Source: Guillardia theta CCMP2712
Taxonomy: Eukaryota; Protista; Cryptophyta
DNA length: 64,000 bases
Assembly: GCF_000315625.1 (NCBI RefSeq)
Contig: NW_005434543.1
Span: 55,445-119,444 of the forward strand
Direction: 5' to 3'
In this document: in pieces, positions 27,020-40,395 of the stretch
Layout of the letters: each line of letters starts with the position of its first letter
Position numbering within the stretch: the first letter of the stretch is position 1
Program-made: the position numbers and the translations under genes
The notes under the pieces: generated by a model
Seen by the model: only the letters and a program-made list of their open reading frames with translations
Told to the model about the DNA's origin: nothing
The model's database searches: none

Positions 27020-27410
27020 TTTTCTCCTCAAATCTTGAACTTGTCGAATGGAACCACCACCGTCATGCTCTTTCCTCTCCCTTGCTCCTTGTACTCGATC
27101 CTGCAAGGCCCATCAACTCCCCAGCTGACCCTCCACCTCTCACCTCAGCTGTAGCCTCATGGGCCTCTGACCATGCAGCTGATTTGCCAGCTGTATCCTG
27201 AGCGAGGAGGACCCCTGACAACCCTTGTCAAACCTTCCCAGCTCGCCTTTAGCTCACCTGTCTGCCGGGCGGAATGAAGGAAGAGGAGGATGGACCCTGT
27301 GAGGTAGGTAAGGACGGAGAGGAGGGAGGAGGAGGAGGAGATGTCGACGAGGCAGCAGAGAGTGCTTGTGTTCCAAACCTGCAGATCTATCAGCCTGAAA
27401 ACCACCACCA

Positions 27411-27444
<34 letters not shown>

Positions 27445-28445
27445 CACCACCATCTCCTCGTCCTCGTCCTCCACCACCATCTCCTCGTCCTCCTCGTCTT
27501 CCACATCCTCCTGCTTGACACCTCCCCGTCTCACCTGTGCCTGTCGCAATAGTAGCCTCCATCCTCCCTCGTCTCCCTCGCTGGCTCGCAGAGAGGAGGA
27601 GACGGGCGCCTTCGGGCTCGCGGCAGGGGAGGCGGACGAGTCGCGCTGAGGAGCCTGAGGAGATTCAGAGATGACGTGGCAGAGGGGAGGATGACCTGTC
27701 GTTCAGCTGGAGTAGGAGCTTGGAAAGTTGGTCCAGCCACTGCTGGGGGGCTGACTACCGGTGTCCTCTCCAGCTGGGCTCTTGGTGAGGTGATACCACC
27801 TAGAACGCTCCTCCTGTCTCGGCTCGGAGGGACCGACCTCCCCCTCCCCTTGGACGACATCGCCTGGTGGACCCTCAGCAAGACTAAGAGAGGAGGGATG
27901 GAAGGAGGAAGGAAGAGGGTAAGATGAAGAGGAAGAGAAGGAGGAGGAGGAGGAGAGGGCACGCGAGGAGGAAGCATAGAGGAGACCTGGATCTTGAGAG
28001 TGCCAAACGAGGAGGTGGGAGATGTGGGCGATGAGGTAGCAGGTCTGCTGGGAGTCAGCTGGGTACTCGTCGGCACCTGCTGCGAGCTGGTTGCGTCCTC
28101 GTTCAGAGCGACTGAGCTGAAGGTAAGCAAGAGCACCAACGGGGGTGACCGACCTCGTGAAGGCGCAGCAGCTGCAGGAGCCCGAGGAGGAGGAGGGGCG
28201 AGGGCGAGCTGGGGAGCAGCTGAGCCGCGGGCGCCATGGGCGGGGATGCGCAGGGCGGGAGTGAGCTCGGGGCGTCGGAGAGGAGGGGGAGGGAAGGAGG
28301 AGGGGGAGAAATCTTCGGAGAAGGGGTTGAGGACAAGAGAAGCAATGGCAGGAGAGGCGACGATGGAGGTGAGAGGGTCGGAGATGTCCGGAGAGGCTTC
28401 CTCCTCCCGCAGGATCGGCGACATGGTGAAGATCCCCGCTCCCAA

Positions 28446-28544
<99 letters not shown>

Positions 28545-29101
28545 ATGGTATGTTGTCTCCATCCCTCTTTCCTTCGCTTCCTCCCTCATTGCACCCTGTT
28601 GCTCATACGGATGCACGAGCAGCCCTGCTGAGCGGGTCGTCGCCGCAAGTACTTGCGCGCTGGACGGAGGAGGAGGAGGAGGAGAGTCGAACTTGATCTC
28701 TTCCTGCCCTTGATTGTGCTGCTTCCTTTGACCCTCCACTGCCCTGCGCTCCATCTTGTCGCACGCTTCAGAACCAGCAGCATGTTCAAGCACCTTCACC
28801 TGAGCTCTTGGCGCTGGCCCCTTGCCCCTCACAGGGATTCCGATCTTGATGTCAAACCCGCCAGCCCGAGCAGGAGGAGGGGGAAGAGCAGGAGAAGAGG
28901 AGGAGGAGAAAACCGCTCCCTGCGTCCGCCCCCAGTTCTCGTCCGGCTTCGCCGCCACCTCGGGGGCAGAGAGCTTCTCAGCTCCTGCTCGCAGTGCCGA
29001 GCTGAATGGGGCGAGCTGAGAAGACAAAAGTCGCAATGAGAGAACAAACTGAATGATGAACGACTTACCTTTGGTATCGTTCCTCCTGCTCCCTTGCTCC
29101 T

Positions 29102-29190
<89 letters not shown>

Positions 29191-30140
29191 GTTGCTGTGG
29201 CAATGGAGCAGGTGGGGCAACTTGATGTGTCGAATGCGCTTGTTGTTCAGCTGCCTCCCTCCCTCCTGCTGTCTCCTTGTGAGGGACTTTCGCTGCTCCT
29301 CCGCGCTGTCCTGGCTTTGGGATCGCCTGTCCGCACGAGGTCAGCCGGAGGAGGAGGAGGAAGAGGAGCATACTCACAGGGATCTGAATGCGCAAGGGAG
29401 AGCGAGGAGGAGCGATGGCAGGTGGAGCAGTGATGGAAGAGGAGGGAGGAGGAGGGAGTGACGAGGAGGAAGGGGGAGGAAGAGAAGAGGGAGGGGGTGG
29501 GGGGATAAGTTTCGAGGCAGGAGGAGCGATGGGAGTGGCAAGGCTGACAGAGGTTGGAGGAGGCGAGGAGATGGCAGAACGAGGAGCTGGTAAGATCGAT
29601 GAGGAGAGGGGAAGAGGAGAGGCAGAGGGAGAAGAGGCGGAGGGAGGAGGAGGAAGGAACGAGGGGGTGCGAGAAGACTGAGCTAAGGAGGAAGGAGGAG
29701 CAGAGGAGGAAGAGAGAGCAGAGGGAGCAGGAGGAGCAGGAGGCAGGCTGATCTTGACGATCTGAGGAGCGGCAGCAAAGGGTTTCTTGAGCTCCGACAG
29801 GTCCTTTTGGAAGGGGGAGAGGGAAATGGAGTGGAAAATAGGGAGAGTGGAGAGAGGAGAGAGGAGAGAGGAGAGAGGAGGAGGAGGAGGAGGAGGAGGA
29901 TAAGGGAAGGAAGGAGAGAGTGCTGTTGGTACCTTGTCTTGAACTGATCGACGAATTGTGAGGAGACAACAAACTCTCTGATGAAGGGATCGAGGGAGGG
30001 CGGGAAGGAGACTGTGAACAAGACAGAGCTCTCTCCTTCCTGCTGCTTCAGGGCTCCAGAGCCTTGCGGGGGAGGAGTGCTGGACAAAATCTGCGCCGCA
30101 GTCGTCGCATCCATGCTCGTTATTATTGTTGCTGCTGCTA

Positions 30141-30174
<34 letters not shown>

Positions 30175-30900
30175 TGTAGGTACAGGAGAGGTTGTCGGCA
30201 GCGGATTTGTTGTCAAAGATGGACTTGATGGAGGAGGAATTCTCCTCCGCCAATTCAGTCTCGCGGGTTCGACAGCAGAGGAACTGCGTTGGGAGGGAGA
30301 GGGAGAGGAGGAGGAGGAGGAGACCTTCCAAGAACAACTCGATCCTCCTCCATCGCAGATCGCATCTACAGAGACTTGAACGAGACTGGCAGCAGCGGGC
30401 TCGACTGTCAAGGGAGAAAATCTCGTCAGCGATGGAAGAGAAAGGCAGCTTCAAGAGGAGCAGGAGAGGAGGGAGGGGAAGCAGTAAGTACGAGGTGGAG
30501 GAGGACAAAACAGGTGGCAGAGAGGTTGAGGGTAGGAATGAAGAGGAGGAGGAGGAGGTCAGGAAGGGGAGGGAGGTAGAGGGATACCTGTACGAAGTTG
30601 GCAAGATAATCCTTCTGCATGAAGTCACGAGTCTTCTTACGAAGTCCTGGAGAGAAGATAAATACATGCTGTGCAGAGCTCTACTTTCAACACACCCGAG
30701 GTTCCAGGCTTCTGACCGCTGTAAGGGGTCGTGGGTTTGGTGGTCACCTTGAAGATATCCGGTTGTCCTCCCCTCAACCTCCTGCAAGAGAAACAAATTC
30801 AGAGGTACACATCACCAACTCCGAGAGACTGGCATCACATGTTGGTAGAGCTGGTCGTCGCCAAGCTAAGCCTTCCAAAAGGGCTGCAAACAACAAGCAG
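27020..30900 (-). CDS. hypothetical Pro/Ser/Gln-rich multi-exon protein (boundaries approximate; 5' end near the gap)
   Basis: Long minus-strand ORFs 27531-29036 and 28829-30796 contain exon-like segments, a polyQ tract and microsatellite introns. Confidence 0.4.
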
Positions 30901-30989
30901 ACATTTCAGGTTGAAATAAGCGTCGCATGCTGATATATGGAAGGTGATTCGCATAGCGCTGCTGAATATTGGTAGAACAAAGCATAGTG

Positions 30990-31089
30990 NNNNNNNNNNN
31001 NNNNNNNNNNNNNNNNNNNNNNNNNNNNNNNNNNNNNNNNNNNNNNNNNNNNNNNNNNNNNNNNNNNNNNNNNNNNNNNNNNNNNNNNN
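30990..31089. other. assembly gap (100 N)
   Basis: Run of N. Confidence 1.
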
Positions 31090-33515
31090 TTGCTCTCTCG
31101 ACCATGTCGATCCCCCGAGTCGCTGACGTTACTGAGCAGCGAGATGAGGACAGCACTCCGGTGCTTCTGCAGCGTCGGAGGAGGAGGAGGAGGAGGAGGA
31201 GGAGGAGAGGTTTCCACAGGAGAGGGGGAGGGGGAGGGGGAGGGCTCTATTTCGCACGCTTCTCCCACCCATACGTGCTGGCAGGACGAGCAGCCTGTCT
31301 GCGAGACGAAGGAGGTGCTAGCAAGCAGCGTCGAGTTCCCGTTCAGCAGCTCGAGTTGCCACAGCTCTCCGCTCCCTCCCGCCCCGCTCCCCTCCCCAGC
31401 TGCAGCACAGGTGGCTGCCAGCCCTGCGCTCCAGCTCATCCTTTCCTCTCCTCGGCTGCACGCCTGCCCGCACTCCTTGTAGCCCGGCGGCAGCTGGAGG
31501 TAGTAGGAGGAGGAGGTACCTCCCCAGCTCCAGAGACAGGGCACGCCTTGAGGGTTCTTGAGGAGGAGGAGGAGGAGCGAGTGATTGGAAGGCGCCGTCC
31601 AGACCAGGAGGACACTCGGGTCAGCGCTGGCGGGATCAACACAAGTGCTTCTGAGCGTCAGCGAGTACTCGTCCCTGCAGTGCCAGTCGCTCCCCCCGCA
31701 CACTCCGCACGAATCATCGACCTTCCCGCTGTTCGGCACCCCGTCGCACCCACTGCATGACGACCCGTCTCCCCCGCACACCCCGCACGCGTCCTCCTCC
31801 TTCCCGCTGTTGGGTACCCCGTCGCATCCTCGACAGGAGGACCCGTCTCCCCCGCACACCCCGCACGCGTCCTTCTCCTTTCCGCTGTTGGGTACTCCAT
31901 CGCAGCCAGCACAGGACGAGTTGTCTCCTCTGCACACCCCGCACGCGTCGACGGTGCCAGCCTGGACGACGAAGGGCTCGCTGCAGGTGACGGGAGAGGA
32001 GGAGGAGAAGGTGACGTAGCTGTCGTAGTAGCAGGCGCGGTAGAGACCCTGCCTACTCGGGAGCTGCAGCCCAGCCGTCTCCTCCCTGCTCACTGTGAGG
32101 GACCCTGACGTCTTGCACGTCTCGCTGGCTGCGCAGATCCTCCTGAAGCACACGGAGCAGAGGAAGGGAGAGGAGGAGCAAGGAGCGTAGCAGGGCTCTG
32201 CGCTGGTATCCTGCAGCTGGCCCTCCTTGGGGTAGAATCCCCGCACCCCTGAGATGGTCTGGAGCTCCATGATCCCAACTAGCGCAGAGCGGAGGATGGA
32301 GGAGGAGGAGCTGATACTTGCGCTGTCGGGGAAGAGGGAGGAGGGGACCTTGTAAAGGATGGGGAGGGGCTGGCCGAGACAGAAGGAGGAGGAGGGCAGG
32401 GAGACGTTAAACTGCAGCTGCAGGCAAAGCGATGGATCGCCCGTCATCTCAAACCTCTGCACTGAACCCACTGAGTACTCTAGGTCTTGAGACAGCAGAC
32501 TCTCTCCTCCTCCTCCTCCTCCTCCTCCTCCTCCTCCTCCTCCTCCTCCTCCTCCTCCTCCTCCTCCTGCCCCCACCTTGACGTACCGCACCTCATACCA
32601 GCCCAGCACCAGGAAGTCATCCGGCAGGCTGACAGTCGTCCTGCCCCGCACGCTCGAGCTCAAGTCCAGCTGAACGACCACGAGACAGTCGGTGGGAGAG
32701 AAGGGGAGACTCGCGCCCAACTTGCAGAGCGCAACGAAGTCGGACAGGGAACGGTTGCTGGGCACCTGCCACCAGATCCCCAGCTGCCTGGTCCTGGAGC
32801 AGGCGAAGGAAAACATGGAGGGAAGGATGCCGACGGCAGGGGGGACGGCGCAGGAGTCGTCGCTGCCTCCGCAGTGGCCGCACTTGTCCGGTCGTGTGGG
32901 GAGGAGAGGAGGAGGGCGGGGGATACCGTCGCAGCCCTGACGCAGTCAACGTGAGGAGACACAGGAATCGAGAAGCAGGTAAGGAGAAGCAGGGGAGGTA
33001 GTAGTAGTAGTAGTGGTAGTTGTAGTAGCAGTAGTTGGTGGTGATGGTGATGGTGATGGTGGGGGAAGAGGAGGATGGCGAGAATCGACGGATGATGGGA
33101 GAGGAGAGGAGAGGAGAGGAGAGGAGAGGAAAGTATAGGATAGGATAGGATAGCAAGAGCAAGGGAGCAGAGGCTTTCCTTTCTTCCACTCACCGTGCAA
33201 GCAGCGTTTGTACCATTGCACACCCCACAGACATCTAGTCGCGCACCGCTGAAGGGAACGCCATCGCACCCAACGCAGCTGCTCCTCCCCCCGCAAACTC
33301 CGCACTTGTCAAACGTCAATCCGCTGTTGGGGACCCCGTCGCAACCCGCGCAGGTGGACCCGTTCCCCCCGCAGACTCCGCAAGGGTCCAGCTGGTCGAT
33401 CAGGTCAAAGGGCTGGCTCTGGGCGGCGATGGAGGGGCTGAGAGGGGAGAGGAAGTACTGAAAGCGATATCTCCCCATTCTTACTGGCCGCAGGAACTCA
33501 CTTCCTGTGAGACAA

Positions 33516-33560
<45 letters not shown>

Positions 33561-36500
33561 TCGCCTGCTGCTGGCGCAGAGCTGCACGAGCTCGCTTGCT
33601 CCTCCAGACTGCTGCGATTGAACAGCACGAGGCCGCTCGTCGAGTCGCTGCTCGACAGGTAGGAGCTCGACCCCAGCAGGCCTCCAGCACCCGACCTCAC
33701 CTCCTTGGGCTGCGTGTATGCCCAGCCCAGCAGAGGCCCAGTAGAGCCGTCGGCAGCAACTCGCCCGTACCCCAGGATGTTGGCAGGAGGGCGAGTGGAG
33801 GGAGCGAGCCAGAGGACGGAGACGGCTTGTCCCATGCAGAACAAGCTGCTCACTGCTCGCACCTGGTACCCCCGCTCGCAACTTGAGTCGCTTCCCCCGC
33901 ACTTGCCGCACGAGTCGAGCTTACTGGTCCCGTTCACCGTCCCGTTGCAGTCGACACAAGAGTTCCACTCTCCTTCCCTCCCCTCTGCGAGGCTGCAGTT
34001 CCCTCCTGCCCTTCTTGTCAGACCTCCGCCTCCATTCCCCGTCAGCCTATAAACTCTTTCCCTCTCCTTCTCCTCCCCCTCAAGCTACTCCCTCCCTCCC
34101 CTCCTCTCACCTTGACATTCTCTCGAGTCCTCGCACAACATGCCGTCGCTTCCTCCTCCTGTGCATCTTCGTACGGGCTCGCCGCATCGACCGCATCGAT
34201 CTCGTCGGTGGGGCCCGTAGGGAATGCCGAGACAGTCCAGGCAGGAGAGACCGTCTCCCCCGCACACCCCACACACGTCCTCCTCCCTCCCGCTGTTGGG
34301 TACTCCATCGCAGCCAGTACAGGACGAGTTGTCTCCTCCGCAAACCCCACAGGCATCCGCTGGAGCATCCAGCATGATTCCTGGGCTGCGTACAATCTCT
34401 CTCTTGAAGGACGAGGAGGAAGTGGAAGAGGAGGAGACAGTGAAGTACTTGAAGAAGAGGTACGTCCCGTTCACCTCCTCGTCCCACCAAAGTCTGCTGG
34501 TCAACAAGCTCATCCCTCCTGCGTACCCTGAGGGCACAGGCATGTCCGGGGACAGCGGCACGTGCGGCATGACCGACCAGAACAGGGCAATGCGGTCAGA
34601 GGACGAGTGGTTCGAGGGAGCGCGCCAGATCACGGAGACTAGCTTCCCCGCACACACCCGCTCCTCCTCTCCTCCCCATGTCGACTTGCCCGATCCCTTC
34701 ACTATCAGCGCATACGTGTGCTTGCAGGTCTCGTCGCTTCCCCCGCACGTCCCGCAGCTGTCAACCTTTGCGTCGCCCCATGGCACCCCCATGCAGTCGA
34801 GGCAGGACGTGCCGTCTCCCCCACATACCCCGCACACGTCCTCCTCCATTCCGCTCCCCTCCCTCCCGTCGCATCCCACACACTCGTTGAACCGAGCGTC
34901 GCTCGGCCTCCCGCACCAGCCGCAGAGGTCAAGGACCTTTCCTGAGTTCACAACCCCATCGCATCCTGCGCAGCTCTCGTTCCTTCCTCCGCACACACCA
35001 CACGCATCTCGACGCGGCAGGACCAGCAGGTCCACACCTGACTGTCTCGTCTCCTCCTCCCTGCTCCCGGCCTGCACCAGGAGGATGCGATAGCTCGAGT
35101 TGGGCTGCACGTTGCTTGGAAGCAGATCGCTGTACAGCGTCACGGTTGCGCTCCTAGGGCACCCGACGCAGCCGCTCCTGGCACACCATGGCGGCGAGTC
35201 GAGGGCCCCGAGGCAGGACATGCACTGGCCACAGGAGGAGGAGGGAGGGTAGACAAGAACACTTCTCCACAGCCCATCTCCTGACTCCACGATGACAAAC
35301 GACTGTATCCTGCTTGTTGGCACCACGAGCGTCAGGGTGGCGACCGTCGGGTCCCCAACGCAGAACTTCGCAGGACGAGGAGGGAGGAAGAGGGGGCAGG
35401 AGCTGTTGTCCCCGCCGCACACACCACAAGCATCAAGAGCCCTGCCGCTCCAGGCTACTCCATCGCAGCCCAAGCACGAGACGTTTCCTCCCCCGCACAC
35501 TCCACACGCGTCCACCGTCTTCCTGCTCCACACTACTCCATCGCACCCGCGGCATGTTGAGTTGTCCCCTCCGCACACCCCGCACGCGTCCTCCTCCTTC
35601 CCGCTTAGAGGCACCAGGTCACAACCGGCACAGCTCGCATTGTTCCCCCCGCACACCCCGCACACGTCCATACTGAAGTTGAGGACGAAGGGGAACTGAT
35701 CGGCGACTTCATACCCGTCCCGTGCACAGATCCCCAGCAACTCGTCCCGCAGGCCCACGCACTTGAGGTACCGCAGTTGCAGTTGAAGGAGGAGGCCTCG
35801 TTCCCTCACCTTCACCCCCAGCGTCACACTCCCGTTCCTCCTGCCCTCCTGCACCCTCGCGAAATGGACGCACTGTGCGAGCTCCCCGCAGTCAGCAGCT
35901 TCTTCACAGATCATTGACGGTTGACTTGAGCAGAATCCGCTCCATACCGAGTAGGAAGAGGAGGAGGAGGAGGAGGAGGAGGAGGAGGAGGAGGAGGAGG
36001 AGGAGGAGGAGGAGGAGGAGGAGGAGCTTGTGCCTGTGGGCCCATAAACTCCGATCAAATCAGCCGAGCTGTGGTTGGAAGGAGAGCTCCAACGGGCAGA
36101 GAGGAGGAAGGAGCTTTGCTGGGGGCGCAAACAGATTGCACTTGCTCCCCTCACCCTGTAAGGATCCACACACGAGTCGTCTCCTCCTCCGCACACCCCG
36201 CACAGGTCTACCTGCTTCCCGCTGTTCGGCACCCCATCGCATCCTGCACATGTTGAGTTGCTCCCTCCGCAGACCCCGCACACGTCTGCGGGAGGTCCAA
36301 CCGCCAAGTCTCCGCTCCTCGCCAGCACGTTGCATCCTCCCTTAGACCACTGCACCAGATCACTCTCCCTGCACGAGCAGGAGACGGCGAAGAAGAGGAG
36401 GCGGCCCTGTGCTGACGTCACATCCTTCCATATGCTGTCCTCTTGCCATCTGAGAAGACCACTCGTCCCTCGAGGGGGGGGGAACGGCCGGCAGCTGTAA

Positions 36501-37650
36501 GGCAGGACGTTCCCAGAGCGAAACAGGCAGAGTACGCAGCTGCTGCTCCTGTTGGAGGGGCCCTGCCACAGGAGCTTCGCTCCTCCAGCTCCTCCTCGAC
36601 ACACTTCCCCTGATCAGCACGTCAGTCAGGTAAGGGAGGAAAGAACAGGGCAGGACCTGAAAATTCAACCATGTAGGGGAGGGCACAGGACGAGTCGTTG
36701 CCCCCGCAGTTGCTGCAGGAGTCAAACCTTAAGCCGCTCCCCACCACCCCGTCGCATCCCGTGCAAGTCTTGTTGTCTCCTCCGCACACGCCGCATGCGT
36801 CGAGCACCTTCCTGCTGTTAGGTACACCATCACAGCCCCTGCAGGAGGAGGCGTCTCCTCCGCACACTCCACAAGCGTCAAACGCGAGGAGCGAGTTTGG
36901 TTTCCCATCGCAACCTGTCAAGTTCGAGATCAGCAGGGAAGACACGACGAGGAGCAGAAGTAGATGGCCAGTAACAGGACTGGGCAGGATGATACAAGGG
37001 GATCAATGGGTCGACTATGACAAGGATACAAAGAGGAGGAGGAGGAGGAGGAGGAGGAGGAGGAGGAGGAGGAGGAGGAGGAGGCCACCAGAGCATGTCG
37101 AATTGTCTCCTTCACAAACTCCACACGCGTCAAACTTCCGGCCGCTCCAAGGGACTCCATCGCATCCTGCACACACGGAGCTGTCCCCTTGGCACACACC
37201 GCACGCATCGACTACCCCCACGAGCTGCGCCTGTTGGCTACATCCCACGATGGTGCCGTTGCTCAGCAGGATCATGCATGCTCGGAAGCACAAGGGGAGC
37301 CTGGCCGCAGGAGAGGAGAGGTTCACTAGCAGCTCCTCCACCCCTGAGGGAGGATGTGGCTCAGTTATGACGCTCGTTCTCACCAGCCAGGAATCTGCTG
37401 TCTCATTGCATACGCTGAGCTCTATCACGAACTCAAGATGGCTAGCGATGCTCCACTCTACTTGGACGGTCTCTCCGATGCATACGGATGTCTTTCCTCT
37501 CAGACTGACAGCAGTCGCCCTCAGCCTCTCCGCTCCTCCTCCCCACAACACCGCAGCCGACTTGATGTCCTGTCCAACCGCCGCTGGAAGCGGGAACCAA
37601 AGGAGGTTGAGGCATATCACAACCAAGCAAAGATTGAGACGTTCCCTCAT
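31090..37650 (-). CDS. large secreted Cys-rich repeat protein (about 25-27 D-x-CGVCGGD-x-x-x-C-x-GCDGVPNSG units) interleaved with ~100-aa beta-rich spacer domains; multi-exon
   Basis: Signal-peptide-like MRERLNLCLVVICLNLLWFPLPAAVG at 37650. The repeats are visible in ORFs 37015-37650, 36622-36945, 34085-36604, 32660-33937 and 30906-32816. The spacers share W-x-[AGS]-P-S-N-[HR]-S. Confidence 0.8.
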
Positions 37651-38149
37651 CTCCTTCTCTTCCTCGAACTACTTTTCCTGTTCGAGGCCATTTCTTTCCA
37701 TCACATGCCGCGATCCCTTTAAACTTTCAAAGTGTTGGGCATTCCCATTCCAGGATCTTTCTACCCTCACCCTTCTCCTCGATGGAGGATGGAAGCTAGT
37801 CCCCCTGCGCATCAAATTCCATCAGGCACAAACATCAAGTTGTTTCTGCCTCTGACTCGTCAGCTCGTTAGCACGACACGCAGAAATATTTAAACTCCCC
37901 CACAAGCAGCTGGGCATTGATCCATGTCCTTGGCTGTCTATGGCTGGTGTCCCTGACTTCCCTCCCCTGCGTCTTCATCTTCTCCTACCTCACAATCCTT
38001 TGACACATGCTTCCTCCTCACCTCTCCGTCCCTCTCCGTCCTCCTCCCCCGTTGTCATCCTTCCCCTCTGCCATGCACAAATCCCATCCCCTTTCGAATT
38101 CCACCAAATCGAAAACAATCAGTACCAATCGATTTGAACCGATTAAACT

Positions 38150-39040
38150 CAGTAGTCACACACTAGTCCGACTTCCGACTGCCGCACTGCGGCACTGGCA
38201 GTGCAGAGTCAGGCTTCGGTCAAGTTGCCGCAGTGCGGCCCGGCCGAGTGAACTTCCCGGCGAGTTCGCCACCGTGACTGACGGTCAGCCGGAGTACCGT
38301 AGTTCGAACGGTGAACTTCGGAACAGTGTCGGAACCGTCGTCCGCGCCCGCCGACCGAGGGTCACCGCCGAGCCTACCGGGCAGTTTCCCACCGCTCACG
38401 GTACCGTACTGTGATATTCGCCGTCATCATCATGCGGCCGCCGCGTGCCGCGCGCGGCATGATATGGACTCAGCGGCTCAGTGGGTGTCACTGTGACATC
38501 TTAGCCTCATACAGTCTATCACTCATGTGAGTGCTCCTCCGACTCTATTGAATTCTGGTTTCGTGTATATTAAACTCGGTCTCAGTCAGCAAAAACTGTC
38601 AGGCTCAGCCTTGTTTCAACTCAGTTGCCTAACTTGACTTGGGGTCGACCGTCATTATGATGTCAGTGCCGCAGTGCATCATTTACAGTACCGTTTGGCA
38701 CAGCGGCCTTCAACTTGGCAAGGCCGGGCGGCCGCAGCCTCCCGGTGTCTGGCAGTGTGGCCGCGACTCCGGCTCAGCTGTGCGCGCGGCCCGGCGGCGG
38801 CGCGGCGTTCCGACTACGGCGGTTCAAGGCACTGAAGGCTGCCCACGGCCCGGGCCACTTGCGGCTTCGGAAAGCCGCCAGGACAAGTTCATCCGACCGC
38901 CGGTGTCGTGATCGGAGCTGCCAGCGGGCAACCGACACTCAGGCAGCCGGGCGGCCCTGACTGTGAAACTGCCACTGAGTTGCTGCTGAGTCCGATCTGA
39001 GTGACTGGGAAGTCAGTGCTGCGGTCTGTGCCAACCTCTT
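38150..39040. repeat. GC-rich intergenic module (copy 3), left flank of the viral-like island
   Basis: Same CCGG/GGCACTG/CTCAG-rich composition as the other modules. Confidence 0.5.
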
Positions 39041-39320
39041 ATTTTAGGACTCGAGGAGTCACCAGTGTACTAACTGATCATAGCACATGCAGTCTTGAAA
39101 CGAATGGCGAGCTACCTGAAAATGGATCCGGTTCGTAAAAGAAGGTTTCGGTTCTTAAAAAAGAAAAGATTTGCAACACAACTACACAACGATTTGTGAT
39201 GGGTCATCGGCAGCGGGAGGCTTAGGATACGCGTTGCAAATGCGTCAACTATGTTCCTGACGTTGGTACTGCTTCTAAGACAGTGAAGGCCAAAAAGAGG
39301 CATGCAGCGAAATGCCTGCA

Positions 39321-39713
39321 TCAATTCTCATGCGGCAACTTCCAACCAGGAATCAAGCTTTCCCTTCGGTACTGAAGCCGTATCGTACAGCCCTCTCGCG
39401 TCCACAGATGCTTCAGCGCAACCCCCAGGTCGTGGTCCGACGTGATGACGATCTCGTCCTCCTCCTCGTCCGTCCACGACAAGCAGCCCCCAGACATGGC
39501 CGACTCCAAGTGGTACATCAGCTCGCGATAGGCTCCCACAGGCATGCCCGTGGAGCTGACGCTGACCGACAGGATGAGTCTCCGGAGCAAGATCCCGCCC
39601 TTGTCATGACAGGTGATCTTGAAATTGGCCTGGACGCACCGGCGAGCTGGATGGTGAGCGTCTTGAAGGGGAGCAGGAGGAGTAGGGATGATGAGAGTTG
39701 CAGAATTGGTCAT
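39321..39713 (-). CDS. small PB1-domain protein (acidic OPCA motif)
   Basis: LSWTDEEEDEIVITSDHDLGVAL matches the PB1 OPCA pattern [YW]-x-D-E-[DE]-x-D-x-[VI]-x-I-x-S-D-x-D-L. An upstream FKI gives the conserved beta-1 Lys. Confidence 0.65.
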   Translation of the reverse strand: MTNSATLIIPTPPAPLQDAHHPARRCVQANFKITCHDKGGILLRRLILSVSVSSTGMPVGAYRELMYHLESAMSGGCLSWTDEEEDEIVITSDHDLGVALKHLWTREGCTIRLQYRRESLIPGWKLPHEN

Positions 39714-39939
39714 GGTCCGATACGATTGTCCAGTTATGTTGATAGCAAGCTAGAAGAAAATAGAGAGCAACTCAAGACTGTAGAATACGATGAGGATGGC
39801 AAGGTTGAGACAGAGGGAGGGAAGGATGTGGGGTAAGAAGTAAGCACTGTATCGTGGTGCAATAGCAAGAGGAGAAGAGAGAGTATAGGTGGATGGGAGA
39901 GCTGGATGAGGCGCTCCATTGTCCATTGAGCATCATGGC

Positions 39940-40326
39940 ATGCTTGCATTGATCAACAAGGCTGAAGAGAGCGTGTTGTTTTCCGACTTGGGCGGTGATA
40001 TCTTTGCCGTCTACTGCAAGCGAGCTCTTGTCGAGCCAGAATCTAGATCCGTGGAGGAGGTCGGCATGATCCCCGAAGGGTGTGTGATGGATGCAAGTAG
40101 TAGCAACCATGTTGCCAACGCACTGGCAAGGCTCTGCTTCATCTGTGCCGCTTGCAGGCACTGCGAGAAGCTCAGACCTTATGAAAGGACACTGAGAGCT
40201 GTGTGGTTGTTTACAGAGTGTGAGAGGCCGGAATTCAACAAGAACGTTCACGACCTTGCCTGGCTGAGTGCATGTGCCAAGGAGTCGACCAACTCTTTCC
40301 ATTGGTCCGTTCTTCCTTATAGCTGA
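39940..40326 (+). CDS. hypothetical protein with a CxxC-x-x-CxxC cluster
   Basis: Intronless ORF, first ATG at 39940, contains CFICAACRHC. Confidence 0.45.
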   Translation: MLALINKAEESVLFSDLGGDIFAVYCKRALVEPESRSVEEVGMIPEGCVMDASSSNHVANALARLCFICAACRHCEKLRPYERTLRAVWLFTECERPEFNKNVHDLAWLSACAKESTNSFHWSVLPYS

Positions 40327-40395
40327 TCGTTTCAAACATTAGTTTATTAGCCAAATAATTCTAAATCCTCATACCTATCGGTTTTGTTTTCATGT

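Noticed and set aside
1170-36030. Many ORFs made of poly-G/P/L/S/E/H/M or CS/AP repeats
   Set aside because: They are translations of intronic microsatellites that lack stop codons, not real proteins.
39312-39836. Plus-strand 174-aa ORF
   Set aside because: It is antisense to the PB1-motif ORF, which has the recognisable signature.
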